DNA from: Acanthaster planci
Lineage: Eukaryota
Direction of reading: 5' to 3'
DNA length: 64,000 nucleotides
Assembly: GCF_001949145.1 (NCBI RefSeq)
Contig: NW_019091358.1
Location: forward strand, 1,994,240 to 2,058,239
The notes under the pieces were generated by a model. It was not told where the DNA came from. It was given only the letters and a program-made list of their open reading frames with translations, and did no database searches. Positions 13,815 to 26,669 of the stretch are shown one piece after another. The translations under genes and the position numbers were made by a program. The first letter of the stretch is position 1; the number at the start of each line of letters is the position of its first letter.

Positions 13815-16800
13815 CTAGTCATAATTAAGGGTCATTTTAAGAATAATAATCAGTGACGTCATTACGATGGCCAAAGCAAAGAGCAGCATCAGCAATCTAT
13901 CCAGGATCACGCACATGTCAATCCACTGTTGCTGGACCAAGGAAATCTTCTCCTTTCGCTTGCATCTGTTCACAAGCTTGTCGATATATCGGCCGATCCG
14001 CTGGACTGTCGCGCCGAGGCTGACTTCCGTGGCGTCCGTGCCGTACTCGGCGGCACCTTCGGCCATGAAGCCCCCCGGCCCGCCTGTGTCCTTGGCCCCG
14101 TAGCTCCCCGGCTCCAATTGCAGCTGCTGCAGGAGGCTCACCCCGAGGGCCTGGCTGTTCAGTAGGGAGTTTTGTTGGTCGTACTCGAAGAGGTCGTCAC
14201 AGCGATGGGGGGCAGTCGCCTTCTCTCCCTCTAACTCTTCGCCGTCAGCACTGGTGTAGTCGTGGAAGGCATGGCGTCGTCCCTTAATTCGCAGGAAGTA
14301 GGCCAGGCGATCAAGAATGAGCTTACGAGCCCAACGAGGCGGGGGACGGCTGGGTATGTGGTGGTGCAGTCGAAGAATGACGACAGATCCGGCAGTTTCC
14401 AGGGACATGACAACGATGATAGTTGCCAGCAGTTGACCTTTAGTTTGGAATTTATGACAAATGGCGTGAAGGTCAAAAAATCTTTTAGAATTTCTTTTCT
14501 AAGTTCATGTTTGATCATCCCCTCCGAAAAGTTTCGTATCAAAAGAAAAATTAACAATTTTAGACAAGCAAAGGATCTCCTTTTCGGTGTAGTGTTTGCA
14601 GATTCGCCTAGTATTCCATGCATGCTCAAAGAGTGTAAACTTCCATTTTAGTTATGTGTAATGAACTAATGTAAAATGAAGCACTGGTACTTGATGAATG
14701 CATACTTGTTACTCTTCAGGCGAACAAAAAGTAATTTTGAAATGTGCTTCGCTAAGGTGGTTTTGTTATCATCCCAACAGTCTAGTAATAACGGCATTGA
14801 CCATGTGTTTCACTCACCGAGCAGAGACACAGTGTCCGAAGTTGGCGGCAACAGCTGGGCCCCAAGCAGCAAGAAGAAGACCAGCGACAGCAAGACGGTG
14901 ATGTTCAGGCCTATCTTCTCCCCAGACTCCGCCGGGAGGTAGAAGCTCAGGAAAGAGATCAGAGACATGAAGATGGACGGGAAGAGCAGACTGAAGACGT
15001 AGAACAGGGCCTTTCTGCGGAGCTTCAGCGTGAACGTGACATCGGAGAAGGGGTCTGGGCAGCAGCCGTACTCGACCAGGTGTGCGACAACAGGCATGTC
15101 CAGCAGCTCCCACTGGCCATTTGTCGTCATCTGCGACCAGTCGCCTTTTTCTGTAGTGAGCAGGGAAAACAAGCACACTTGAAAGGAACATTGACCACAA
15201 TTTCCACACCTCAGATAAAGACCTTCCTAGTAAACATTCTGAATAAATTTGCACGTTTGACCTTAAGTACTCCAATTTTGATAACTGCTATGCTTCTAGA
15301 TTTTGATGAGCACAGATAAGGAAACACTCTTTCAATTTTTTTTGAATTGAATTTCAAATGATAGGGTCAAAGGTTAAGGTAATGTGTCAAAGGGTATGGT
15401 GGCCCTCTTTTGACTAAACTTAATTTTGACAACATTGCTGATTTGAACAATAAATCGTCACTGTTTCCACGAGTATCATTTTTTTCGATTGTGATTACGT
15501 TCATGAAGTAAGGGACCAAAATCTCGATAAATGCATATTGCTTTTTAGAGTGTGACTGCCCCTCGTACACATATAAAACGTAAAACGACTGGAAAGGCCG
15601 AAAAGTAGGTCGAGTATCATTTTCGTTTACACGAAGAGCCACACATCCTTGCTACATTTACAGTGGCGCGTGCGTAAACACAATGTGCTCCTTCCCTATG
15701 AAAAATGCATTGCACAGAAGGGCCAACAAGTAGGAAAACGTCGATTTTCGATTTCAAGAACAGACGCACATGTTTACTTATTTATTTCGGCTGGCCACAA
15801 TGTTCATTTTACTCACTTGGTTCAGGCAAAAGTTTACTTTACAAAAACACATTTAAGGGTTTTACTGCATAAATTTGTTCCATATTGGTATTTTTTAAGT
15901 TTTGAACTAAGAAAAGCTTCAAGGCGATTTGTCTAAAACCAGTTTTTCTTCAAAATCTACATGTGTGGCTCTTCGAAAACACTGTGACAACTTGTAATTA
16001 TTTTGATAACAAATTAATGCAGGAAGTTTTGACGTACTTTTACTTCAAAGGTGATGTTTTAAACTAAATTCGTCACTTTTCTTGATCTCTTCCCTGACCA
16101 CGCATAACGGCAGATCGTGCCAAAAATGGTAGTGTTCATTGCTCTTCAATATCTAGGAGCACAGCAGTTGTTTATCAAAGTCAGAAGACCCAAGGTCAAA
16201 AGGTGCATGCGTTGGTCTTATATGGAATGATCCAGCAAATAGACAAAACAAAAGTCGCCAGACAGGATAATAAAAATCCTTTCATTAAGTACCGCTAGTT
16301 TTGAACTGATTAACCGATAGAAAGCTCTTAATATCATTTAAATGTATACACCACTGAGATACTTAATCGGCGTTTGTCTTTGATTGGTTAATTGATGTCC
16401 CATTACTAATAAAGCTGGGCTTACAGCTTCACCTTCTTGTAAATAACTTGAGGGTAATCGTTTGAATGAATCATCCATGGGCCCTCTGTGTCCAATATCG
16501 GGAGGAATCTCACTGAAAATGGAAGTTTCCCATTGAATTGAATAACTCAGAATTAATATGTCAATTCTTGATCAGCACGCAAAAAGTAGAGAGTTTAGGA
16601 GCTCCTGACAAAGAGAGGTGTAGTGTTTAGTTGACTAAATGAAACCCCTTGTTAGCGACAAAAATCAGGGCTTCACTAACCATGTTTGGTATTTAGGCTC
16701 ATTGGAAATGATTAATTTACCGTTACAGTGAAAAAATATTAACATTAATATAAAAAGTTGGAATAAAGGGAAAATTCCTAAGTTGATAAAATAACTCGAA

Positions 16801-19800
16801 AGATCAAATATAACTCTTGAAAAGTATTTACCGGCGACGGTCCTCATCACCACCTCGTTGCCTTTGTACGCCCAAGGCCCAAACTTCATTGGACAAGTCT
16901 GCTTGTCGAAGGGGAAATATGTTATATCGAGCGAGCAGGAGCTCTTGAAGATGGCAGGTGCGGCCCAGAAGACCCCGCCTTCGCTGGAGACGACCGCATT
17001 GGTCATCATGATGCCGGTGCCTGGCTCCTTGTCCACATCAGCGCTGTAGGGTAAAACAAATTCCGTGGAAAGATTACACCGACCAAGTCCCGGATATCGC
17101 ATATATTACCTAAAAGTTTCGTAAATGATCAGAAACTAGATTTGCATAGTTGACAACTTTCGATTTAAGTCGAAAACAAAATGCAATACAATAATTTGGG
17201 ACCTACTTGTCATATTATCAGTGGGTCCTAAAATATCATATCCATTATCAGGAGTAAAGTCTAGCTGAACACTGTCTGTTCACTCGCAAATTCACCCGAA
17301 CACAGGCTTTACATAGTAAGTGTGCTTAATGAAAATTAATTAGTCTTCTTGTGATTAACACACAACGTGTCCTACATGGGAAATGCCTAGTGGATTCAAG
17401 TACCAACCTGTCATACAAAACAGTGTCTGGAATCCATATTTGCCGAGTGGGTATGTTTATTGCCGTGATGTTATCGTAGTCTAGGGGGTCCCACACAAGA
17501 AAGTCATCCCTCCATCTCTGTGCGATTAAATTACATGGGTTATCAAATCAAAATTCCCGTTCCCCTTGCTGTAAACTCCTCCCATTCCACATTCACTCAA
17601 AATTGTCTCTATCGTTCTTGAGGAGTGTTGCCCTATCTTATCATACATGCTTACATCAACAAATTAAAACGGAAACGAGACTTTTGATACTCAACCATTT
17701 TCCCTGCCTCTTTATAAAGTATGCCCTTTTTAAGGCGATAAGAGCATATCAAACAATGTAAATCTAAGCTGAAATGGAGGTCAACCAGCAATTTTCGTGG
17801 ATAACCTGTTTTGATATTATTCACAGAACGCATAATTTTAATTAATGGACTTTGGGTTCAGTTAAGGAATAGCAAGTGAAAAATGTGAACTTACAGGCTC
17901 CCAACAGCAGAGCAAAAATCAATTAAAAAACTCTCAGGAAGGCAAGGGTTTTAAACTGCTCCCCCCACGCATACATTAAATCGTATTTTGCAGTTTTCCA
18001 TCATCGCGTTATTTCGTTTCAATTCGAGATTCATTTTTTTTACTCAGGTCTAAGCCAATTAGGACTAGCAAGAGGTAGTGCAACCCTCCCTCGTCCAAAG
18101 ATAGCCAAGGAAATTCCATATTGATAATTTGTTCTTTGTAACTTCAGTACATTAATTTGTTCTCAAATGAAATTGATGTTTAATTCTTGTTAAATGCATG
18201 CAACAAAATATCCAAATAATAACACTCAACATGCATTGGGGTACTGCTTTTTAAGAGCGGCCATTGAACCTATGATTTTTTTAATTTTTTTTTTGTAGTT
18301 GCTAAGGGGGCCTTTTTCACATTGACTGGAAATATGCAATTTTTCTCTGTATAAACGTATTATGCGGTGAAGCTATCAATACAGTTTTGTTTCTCCACCG
18401 TCTGAACAAAGTATTGAAAGGCAGCCTTAATCATGAAAGCAGCTCACATGTCATAAATAGCAAGAACACCTGGTGTCTATGTTAATACTCGTGTGTTGTC
18501 TGACCTGATGACTGCAAAAGACATAACGTAGGTCCTGAACGTACGTCTTGATTTGTGGCACATGTAAAAATATATAATCTCATATACCAAGCCAGCTTTG
18601 AAAAATCCGACATCGGGTCTCTCTCTACCTTTCCTCGAGAAGTTGAAAAAATGAAACCTTTTGGGGGGTTCGAAATTTCAAGGTAAAGTATCAGTTCATT
18701 TTGTTACAAGAAGAAAAAAAGACATCTCCATGCTAGACTTTTAATGGCATATAGTCAAAATATCCCTACCTGCTCCAACCAAAATGCTGTAGTCAGGATT
18801 TGGTTTCTCTCGTCCTGTCCAGAGAGGTGCATAACCCAGTTCACAATCAAAACAGGGTGAGGTAAATGGGGACGGGGGTGAAGAAAATAAACAACAATCC
18901 GTGCTATAAACCATGCCATATATCGAGAACGGAGGCTCACCTGTCATATGAACATTAATGCTGTGCTGTGCACCTAAGGAGATACAGTAATACAAGCGTA
19001 ATGGGAGAGAGCGCGTGAGAGTGTTGGCTTTGTTTTAAAGGACAACGACACTTTGCCATTTTCGCAGGCTCCTTATTATCTCGCCATTCAAAGAACCCCA
19101 GTTTTTTTATTAAGTGTATAAAGCATTGAAAGCTATTATAAAAAACCAAAAAACAAACAAACCAAAAAACAATTTTTTACCGATGGATACCCCCACGGTA
19201 ATGGGAAAAATTTAACCCAAGAGAAATTTTCATCACCCTGACGCTACTCTTTAGCACATCTAAAACCATGCAGATGGCTCCCTATTACTATCATGATTCC
19301 TCCCCGAAATTCCCTACATGTTGTCGTGCTGTATGTGCAGAGGTCAGAAAGAGTGCTGTGATCGGACAGGCATGCACATGCAAGTCTGTTCAAGTCACTA
19401 TGCAAAACGTATACAGCCGACGAAAAGAGGATACCTGCTCCAGCCTGACCACGGTGGTAAGGACCTGGTTCACTTCATCCTTGGGTGAGACAGAAGAAAG
19501 AGGTCAACGAGGAATAGAGGGAGAAAGTGTGTGAAAATCATAAAAGAGGGACTGGATGGTCACAGAAAGAGAGTGGCGCACCTTGGATTTGTCTGGGACT
19601 GGGATGCACGGCTCTAAGACAGCTAGTAGTTTAATTAAGACGTGGGTGTATACTGATTTTTTACAGAAAGTGTATACATTTTTTTAAAAAGACAACCATC
19701 AGAGCTCAAGCCCCCAGCCCCCCCCCCCAAGTGCGCCACTGCAGAAAGACAGAACACGAGGGTGCAGACTGTACTTGAGTTTGAAGAAAGAACATCATAT

Positions 19801-22705
19801 AGAAATAAAGAATATGCAAAACGGAAATCAAATGCAGGCGTTGGAAATGTTTACATCGGAGGGGTGTGAAAACTGATTCAAGGCAAATAAAAACGTACTT
19901 ATTTTCCTTACAAATAATTAAAATATGAAATGTGAAATCGTGCTGAAGTTTCCTCTTTTTGTCTCTTTGACCGATATCCTCTGAAAACAAACAGCAACCA
20001 ACAAGGGTATGAAATGTCAAACAAAACACTGCAATATATGCAATATGCAATTATGTACCGGTAGCCTCGGCGGTCAGTTCTGAAATCTCTGGAAACGAGC
20101 AGTGTGGAACGTGTGCGTAATACACAGTACAATTAAAGCCGCGAGTCACAACAGAAAAATTAAACACGTTTTAGGTTTTGAAAATCATGCCAATTTAAGC
20201 CCCATCGGCATGGACATATCGTAAGCGTCCACAGTAATTGTTCTCTTTTCCAAAAGAGCTTTCCAGCACACTGGCAAATTAATCACATTGCGTCGTGTAA
20301 ACTTTTTGCTCAAACACCTTCCAAAAACATACAAATAGTAATACAAATGTATCACTGGAACCGCTTTAGAATCGCACAGAACATTAATGCATACTGCGTA
20401 TCTAGACAAATTTGAACGATGTATGGTTTATATTAAGAATCTCGCTCAGCAATCTTCACACGGTGGAGTGTGTGCTGTGCCTCTTATCTAGAACACTGAA
20501 CTCTATATTATGTGGGTTTGAAAATAAACAAATATTTCAAAAATAAAACAATTACTGTATGTATTCGTCTTTGGGCAAGGCACTTTGCCGTAAATTATCT
20601 CTTTACCACACTAGGGGTAGAATGGATACTTGCAATATAGCAGAAATAGCTTAAGGTCTCGAATTCGTATCCGGAAATATCCAAGGAAACAGTGCATGAC
20701 AATGTTCAATAAAATGGCTGAAGTTGTATGTTTTGTTATGGATCTGGTTCATCATGACGTCGAGACTGTAATACATATACGCTAAAAATGTTTGCTGCAT
20801 TTATGAACGATAAAAGTAGGGCCTATTACTATAAATATAAAGGCGGTATCTTTGTGACCTCAGGATCGAAGAGGCACTATTATTGCATGTCCAACAACTC
20901 CTTAAACGTTTACACAAGGTTATGTTTGTAGGTATTACTTTTGTTTGATCCATTTGTGTTATTTGTAATTTCAAATTATCGTTCCTTGCCACTGCGAACA
21001 GGAAAATACACTTTTTGAAAACTGCTGTCAATTTATCTGCATAAAATTGGCCCGGGTCCAAAAACCTAATCAATCTATCGCTGTTTCCGACTTAGTAATG
21101 CCCCTGCAACAGCCATATGGACATTCTGCACGTTGAAGTTTTGTTTGTCTCAGATTACTTTTACGCGTCCCGGTTCTATTTTCCATTGGACAATATTTTT
21201 CACACGCTGCGCTGGCATGATTCTACCGCGATAGGCCAATTCGCTCAGGAGATTAAAACTGTGCAAACAGGCAGCATTAAAAATGCAAATTAAATCAGCA
21301 ATAATAAACATTTAACTTACTATTTTGAGAATCCGTGAGAGCTTCATGTGATAGAACACCTCCAAAACTTTAGTTTCATTGAGTACTGGGCGCACATAAC
21401 GGCTGTACTCCCGTAGAAGGTCGGACACCAGTCTTTCCTGGTGCCCCTCAGAATACAGACTGTTGCCACACACTACAAAGGGAAGATGAACAATAAGCCT
21501 CATCCACGGGGAAATCCTTTTCATTTTGGTCTCCAAATATAGCGTATTTTATACAAACTGTAAAATTGGGTGGTGCCAGACTATTTTGGGTTGAAAGCAT
21601 CCATAACCCCTTTTTAAAATATGGCTTCAAATATGTATATTTAATTTATCACAGTTTTTTCAATTATTCTACGGGCAAACTGGCATGGATTTGTAGAAAG
21701 TGCTAACGGATGACCATTTTGTCCAATATTTGAACCTTCACCTCTGCGCTGAATTGTCTTTTTTCATTGCCAGTCGTATGCTGTAGGTCAGATACAATTG
21801 GGCATTTAATCTATATTCTGTAGCTAAAAGGAGATTCTAGCCAAAACTGTTGCCATGTCGTGATGTTGATTGGTTGGAGACCAACATGTGGTTGTATGTC
21901 AATAAAAACAATTATTCAGGCAATTTCAGTTAGACGATTCCGAGTGAAAGGCTCCCAATTTGATGGATTCCCTGTACCCTGCAGTTCTGCCACTGCTGCA
22001 ATTAAGGCTGGTGTCAAACAACCTAACAGAGATATTGACAAGTCCTTTCCACACCCTTGGAACTATTGGCCGAGCAGTGACACGGTAAACAGGACGAGCA
22101 GGTTCGAGGTTGCAATCCTGGCCAAAATTGTTTTGACATGACCATAAGAATACCATACCTCCCAAATTAACCCCCCCCGCCCCAGTCTATAACTGTATAT
22201 TCAGTGTGGACAGGGACTAGGGTGGGAGAATTACTGTGAATGGAAAAAGGGATCGCAGGATAGTATTCACGTCTTGGGATCACCATCACTTCTATTAGGC
22301 ATGTTAAGATTAGTATCTATAGGACTACATCATAGATTATCAATAATTGTTTGCATTTGTATCCGTTTTGCCGAATTCATATGCACGTTACATTAAAAAA
22401 ATGCAAGTGTGTAAGTGATCCAAGCACTAAACGATTTTATGTTCCCGTGTTATATGTCAATCTCTTATTTTACAATAGCTAGTGCAACCGAGTAAGCTTT
22501 CACGACTATACTGCATGACACTGATTATCAAGCCCAAAGTACTGGCATAAGGTTTTAAAAATACTTGTGATCACAACGTTATGAAAAGACAATCCAACAC
22601 ACGAGTTACAAGAATGTACTCACCTGGTTCAAGAAAGATTACGCAGATCAGGGGCAAAGTAGCTGTCATAAGAAAACGCCATCCACAGTTGATGGTCCGC
22701 GCCAT
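13815..22705 (-). CDS. nAChR alpha subunit C, 7 coding exons per isoform with a duplicated exon 3, 518 aa
   Basis: Exons 22705-22624 ([27 protein letters not shown]), 21472-21321, [19479-19435 or 18814-18770], 17517-17408 ([10 protein letters not shown]), 17043-16832 ([20 protein letters not shown]), 15150-14818 (EYGCC, GEK-M2) and 14437-13815. GT-AG sites, matching phases, 1557 nt with one exon 3. Confidence 0.93.
18770..18814 (-). CDS. gene C alternative exon 3b ([15 protein letters not shown])
   Basis: Exactly 45 nt, phase 0-0. Acceptor ...ctctctggacag and donor CAG|gtaggg. Canonical loop D Trp. Confidence 0.9.
19435..19479 (-). CDS. gene C alternative exon 3a ([15 protein letters not shown])
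   Basis: Exactly 45 nt, phase 0-0. Long polypyrimidine tract ending ...ttctgtctcacccaag and donor CAG|gtatcc. 10/15 aa identical to exon 3b. Confidence 0.85.
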
Positions 22706-25200
22706 CTTTGTCGTTGACCGAGTTTACGAGGGATACACACTGCAGCAAATTTAAAATGCGCCTGTGTGTACTTGTGCCGTGACAATCAGAAGAGCAGACA
22801 CGCACGTATTCGGGGTGTGATGCGCTAAAGGCGTCAGCGTTGGTGAAGGCCGCATGAAGTATTACTACACTTTTCTGCGCTGACAGATTGACCAGCAAGC
22901 CGAACACTTAGCGACGATCAATATTACCGAATTCGAGAGGGAAGGGGGTTAAGATTCGATAGTCCGATATCTGGATTAACACTTAGACATCAACATTGAA
23001 CATGTCTGTGAAACAGTTTGTCTTGGGGCAGTAATTGAATTGATCGGAACTAAACGCTGCCTCTGATGGTGTGGTTTTCATGTTCCCCTTAAGGATCGAA
23101 CCAGTCCCGAATAACAATAAATTAAAACTTAAAATGAAGTGACAGAGTTATGTGCGTTAGAAGACAATTGCCAAAGGACTATCCTGATTGACTTTGGTGT
23201 CTGTACATGTACATGAAGGCTTGTCGCTACCTTTGGTTTAGAAACTCATCTTTCCAAAATCCACTTTAGACTGTATGTTTTGTCGCAATTAATATGTCAC
23301 TCGCCTCTTAGCGGTAATTGGTGGCATCGTTGCACCATGCTTATCAATTGATCCAGTTAATTAAAACAGCTGTCCAATATTTCTCTCTTCCACAGAAATC
23401 CATGCGTGCAAAACTATCCTCTTTATTTTCAGCTACAATGATACACATGAACAGTATAACCAAGTCATGGATGTATGTTAACTTCCTGTACGCGGAAGCA
23501 ATCAAAGCAACGTATCGGCAGGTCCTGTGAGCGTTTGCATGTTTAATTGTCAGATGTGTCGTTTAGGTGCAAACGCAACCCTGGTCACGGGCACTATTAT
23601 ATAATAACTCTCATAAAATGTAACACGTGAAAACGGTGCTAAAGTCAGTCTATTTCGTTATTAATTTGGACATGGCAGCCATTTCTCAATAGATTAAACA
23701 ATTACTGCCTTTTCTGGGCACTCCATTATAATGTATAATTGAACTAGATAGAATGCCGTCTTTTTAACCTTTCTCAATCCCGGTATAAGTGTCTATCATA
23801 CATTAATCTAAAGATGACAAAATTAATGTAGTTGCCGGATTAGCATTCTTGTCAAAATCAATGCCGTCTCTCTCCAGATGTATGCATGTAGGGCCTATGT
23901 CCATCTACGCCAGTTGCTGATGATACACTTGACAAATGACTGAAGTTCTTGCATCTCTGACATAAACAATTAGTATATGATACACATATACTGCTACTAG
24001 GCAAAATTAAAAGATCTATACGAAGACATTTTCCTAAAAACACTTTTTTTGTGCAACTTTAAACTCCAATTCATACAACCTACATTTGATAGACATTTGG
24101 ATAAGTCTACTAAAAATTGCATTGGATTCAGTGTTTTATATGCTCCCTGCCTTCTCGGACGAAGAGAGTACTATTACGACGTTATTCGAAGGAGACACTA
24201 CCCCAGCTGTAATTGTTTGTGTATTTATTTTTCTGTTTAAACTGTGAACCAGAAGTTTGCACATAGAACTATATCTGAAAAAGCTTGCTTCTTTGCATAT
24301 TTATATCGGCTTAAACAACAATAAATCAACGTAAAATTAAAAGAGATGTTTACACAAAACTGTTCAGCACAGATACAAGAAATCGAAGTGTATTTTTTAA
24401 TGACAGAGGAAACAGCAAAGTTGTAAAGACTCGAGTCAATGTTTCGACATGATCAAAAAATTTGGCGAATTGAACTGAAACAGTCCAGCGGCAAAATGTC
24501 TCCACTCGAAAGGCAATGTAAAAATAAGATTCGATTCAACGCTCTTTCGACTCTTTAAAAGATCCCATATCAAATATGACGTGAACCATTTAGAAAGTGT
24601 CAAAAGACAGGTTTAAATAACGTCAAGTGGCTAAAAGAAAGACTACCTTGCTGCTGTCTAATGCAGTTCTGGTAATTGAAACTTTTGCGTTTTGAATCCG
24701 TTCATATTTGAAGGGGGCGCTGTTTAAGAACAATTGAGGGAAGTACAAGTATGTAAATGGCATCACTCTGCGTAAATCTATCAGAATCAACGCCGATGAC
24801 ACTGGCAAGGTATACACGTAAACGGTTAAAACGAACTGAAAAGACGCAATAAGCAAGGCTGGTTCGGTCCTAGATCTGTAATTAATATTTTAGACATAAA
24901 AGAAAGGATAGAATCCGGTCTTGGTCGCAATGAGGAGAAACTTGTTACCTTTCGGTGTTTCGCTATTGTTTTGACCCTCGGTTCAACGGTGCAGTGATGG
25001 AGATCGACAAATATTACCAAATGTGGTCATAACTTTCTTCTCATTGACCAACTTGGCGCAGATATTTTGTAATCCTCACCCCAGGCATACCCCACAAGCC
25101 TTTAAACTCCCATTAGCCACACCCCAACCACTGCCTAGTTAAAATTCTTGAAAGATCAGTCACCCAAAGCAGGCCATATGGTCTCTAATGGGAACTGGAT

Positions 25201-25645
25201 CTCTTTGTTTAAAGACATGTGCTGAGTGGTCAGCTGTTTGGGTTGTGACCTGGTATTACTTGTACTTCCACAGCAGCATAAGGAAATGTAGTTAGAGTGG
25301 ACACCAGGGGTGCATTAGCTACCATAAAACAATCGTACAGGTTGTACAGGTTCAGGCATGAAGGTCAGGAAACTGACTTGGAGACAATTATCACCTCATG
25401 GAGTAATGGTGTGATTTTGGGGGCGTAGCTGCTCCTTTGTTTACAAGTATGTGCTGACTGGTCACGTCTGTTTGGGTTGTGACTTGGTATTACTTGTACT
25501 TCCACAGCAGCATAATGAAGTGTATCAGAGGGTACCTGAGGGATGTATTAGCTACAGTCGTGCAGGCTCAGGCATGACCGGGAACTGACCGGTGATGAGA
25601 ATCTCCAGGTGGTGACAACAGTCTTCGTTTTTGGGCGTGCCTGCA
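25201..25645. repeat. two-copy tandem repeat, ~215-230 bp unit
   Basis: The block tgtttgggttgtgac(c/t)tggtattacttgtacttccacagcagcataa...cagg(t/c)tcaggcatga occurs twice, in units starting ~25201 and ~25432. Confidence 0.85.
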
Positions 25646-26669
25646 CCAAGGGTTAAATAGCAAAATGAAGAATGACTGTCGTATATTTTTCTTTCCAGAC
25701 AACTCCATAAACATGCATTATACTTAGCGATTACGTGGCAAGGATAAAGTTCAGATGTCTTTTAACATCCCATGTTTCAGAATAGAACTTTACATGAAAC
25801 TGGCCACGTGTAACTAAGTGCGCTTAACATGATCGCCTATACGACTTCAATGTTGAAACTTCCAACAGCTTCAGATTCAATTACAGTGGACCAAAGATTC
25901 TATGTAGACGTATCGCGCATTTCATTAAGAAAAGTAAGTGTAAAGCTGTAAAAGACCGTAGAATCTAATTTACTAGTTTCAAATGCTTGAGCCCCGCACG
26001 ATTTAATTGCCCTTTGGATCTATGTCTGTAAAACTGAAATACGTACTGATATTTAAAACAACGGACCCCTTCTAAAATCTCGATTTAATCTCTGTCTCCG
26101 GCTTTGGGCTCCTACGATACCCCCCACCTTTGAGATTTTGGCACGGTATGGGAAAAACGTTTGTGACAGGAGTACTAATCCCTTGGAACAAAGGAGGCAT
26201 CTGGTAGCAACATTTAAGGCAAAAAAGTTACAAATATGTAAAATTAAAAGAACTGGGTCCTTGCTGAGATAACATAATGAAAAACCATTATGCTCTAATT
26301 TACAAAACAAATATCGAATCAGGCAAGTCAAGCTTAGCGAGGAATCCAAGATTCCGAATCGTGCTTCTACGTCCCTCTACCCACAGCGCCCTAGACTGAT
26401 TACGGTGACATATATTGAAAAACATTCGGTAGTTGAAACTGCACACGTGCTGTCAGTTTGAAAACTGATTTTTTCCTGTAAAGTAAAACTACCTGGGTCA
26501 AACATGCATATACGTGTGACGAGCACATCGTTACTGTTATGACGATGACCTTTTCAACATTTCATCACCCCCCCAAAAAACGAACAAAAAAACAAAACAA
26601 AAAACAAAGAAATAAAGAAAAATAAAAAAATAAAACGAAAAGTTTATGCCTGTTCCAGAACAGACCATA

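Noticed and set aside
13867..15319. Several + strand ORFs overlapping gene C
   Set aside because: Antisense shadows of GC-rich coding exons with no recognisable protein features.
18040..18640. Further possible exon-3 copies in gene C (gac gag... near 18095; cag|gac... near 18535)
   Set aside because: No 45-nt GT-AG unit and no NQ/TT/LEQ similarity.
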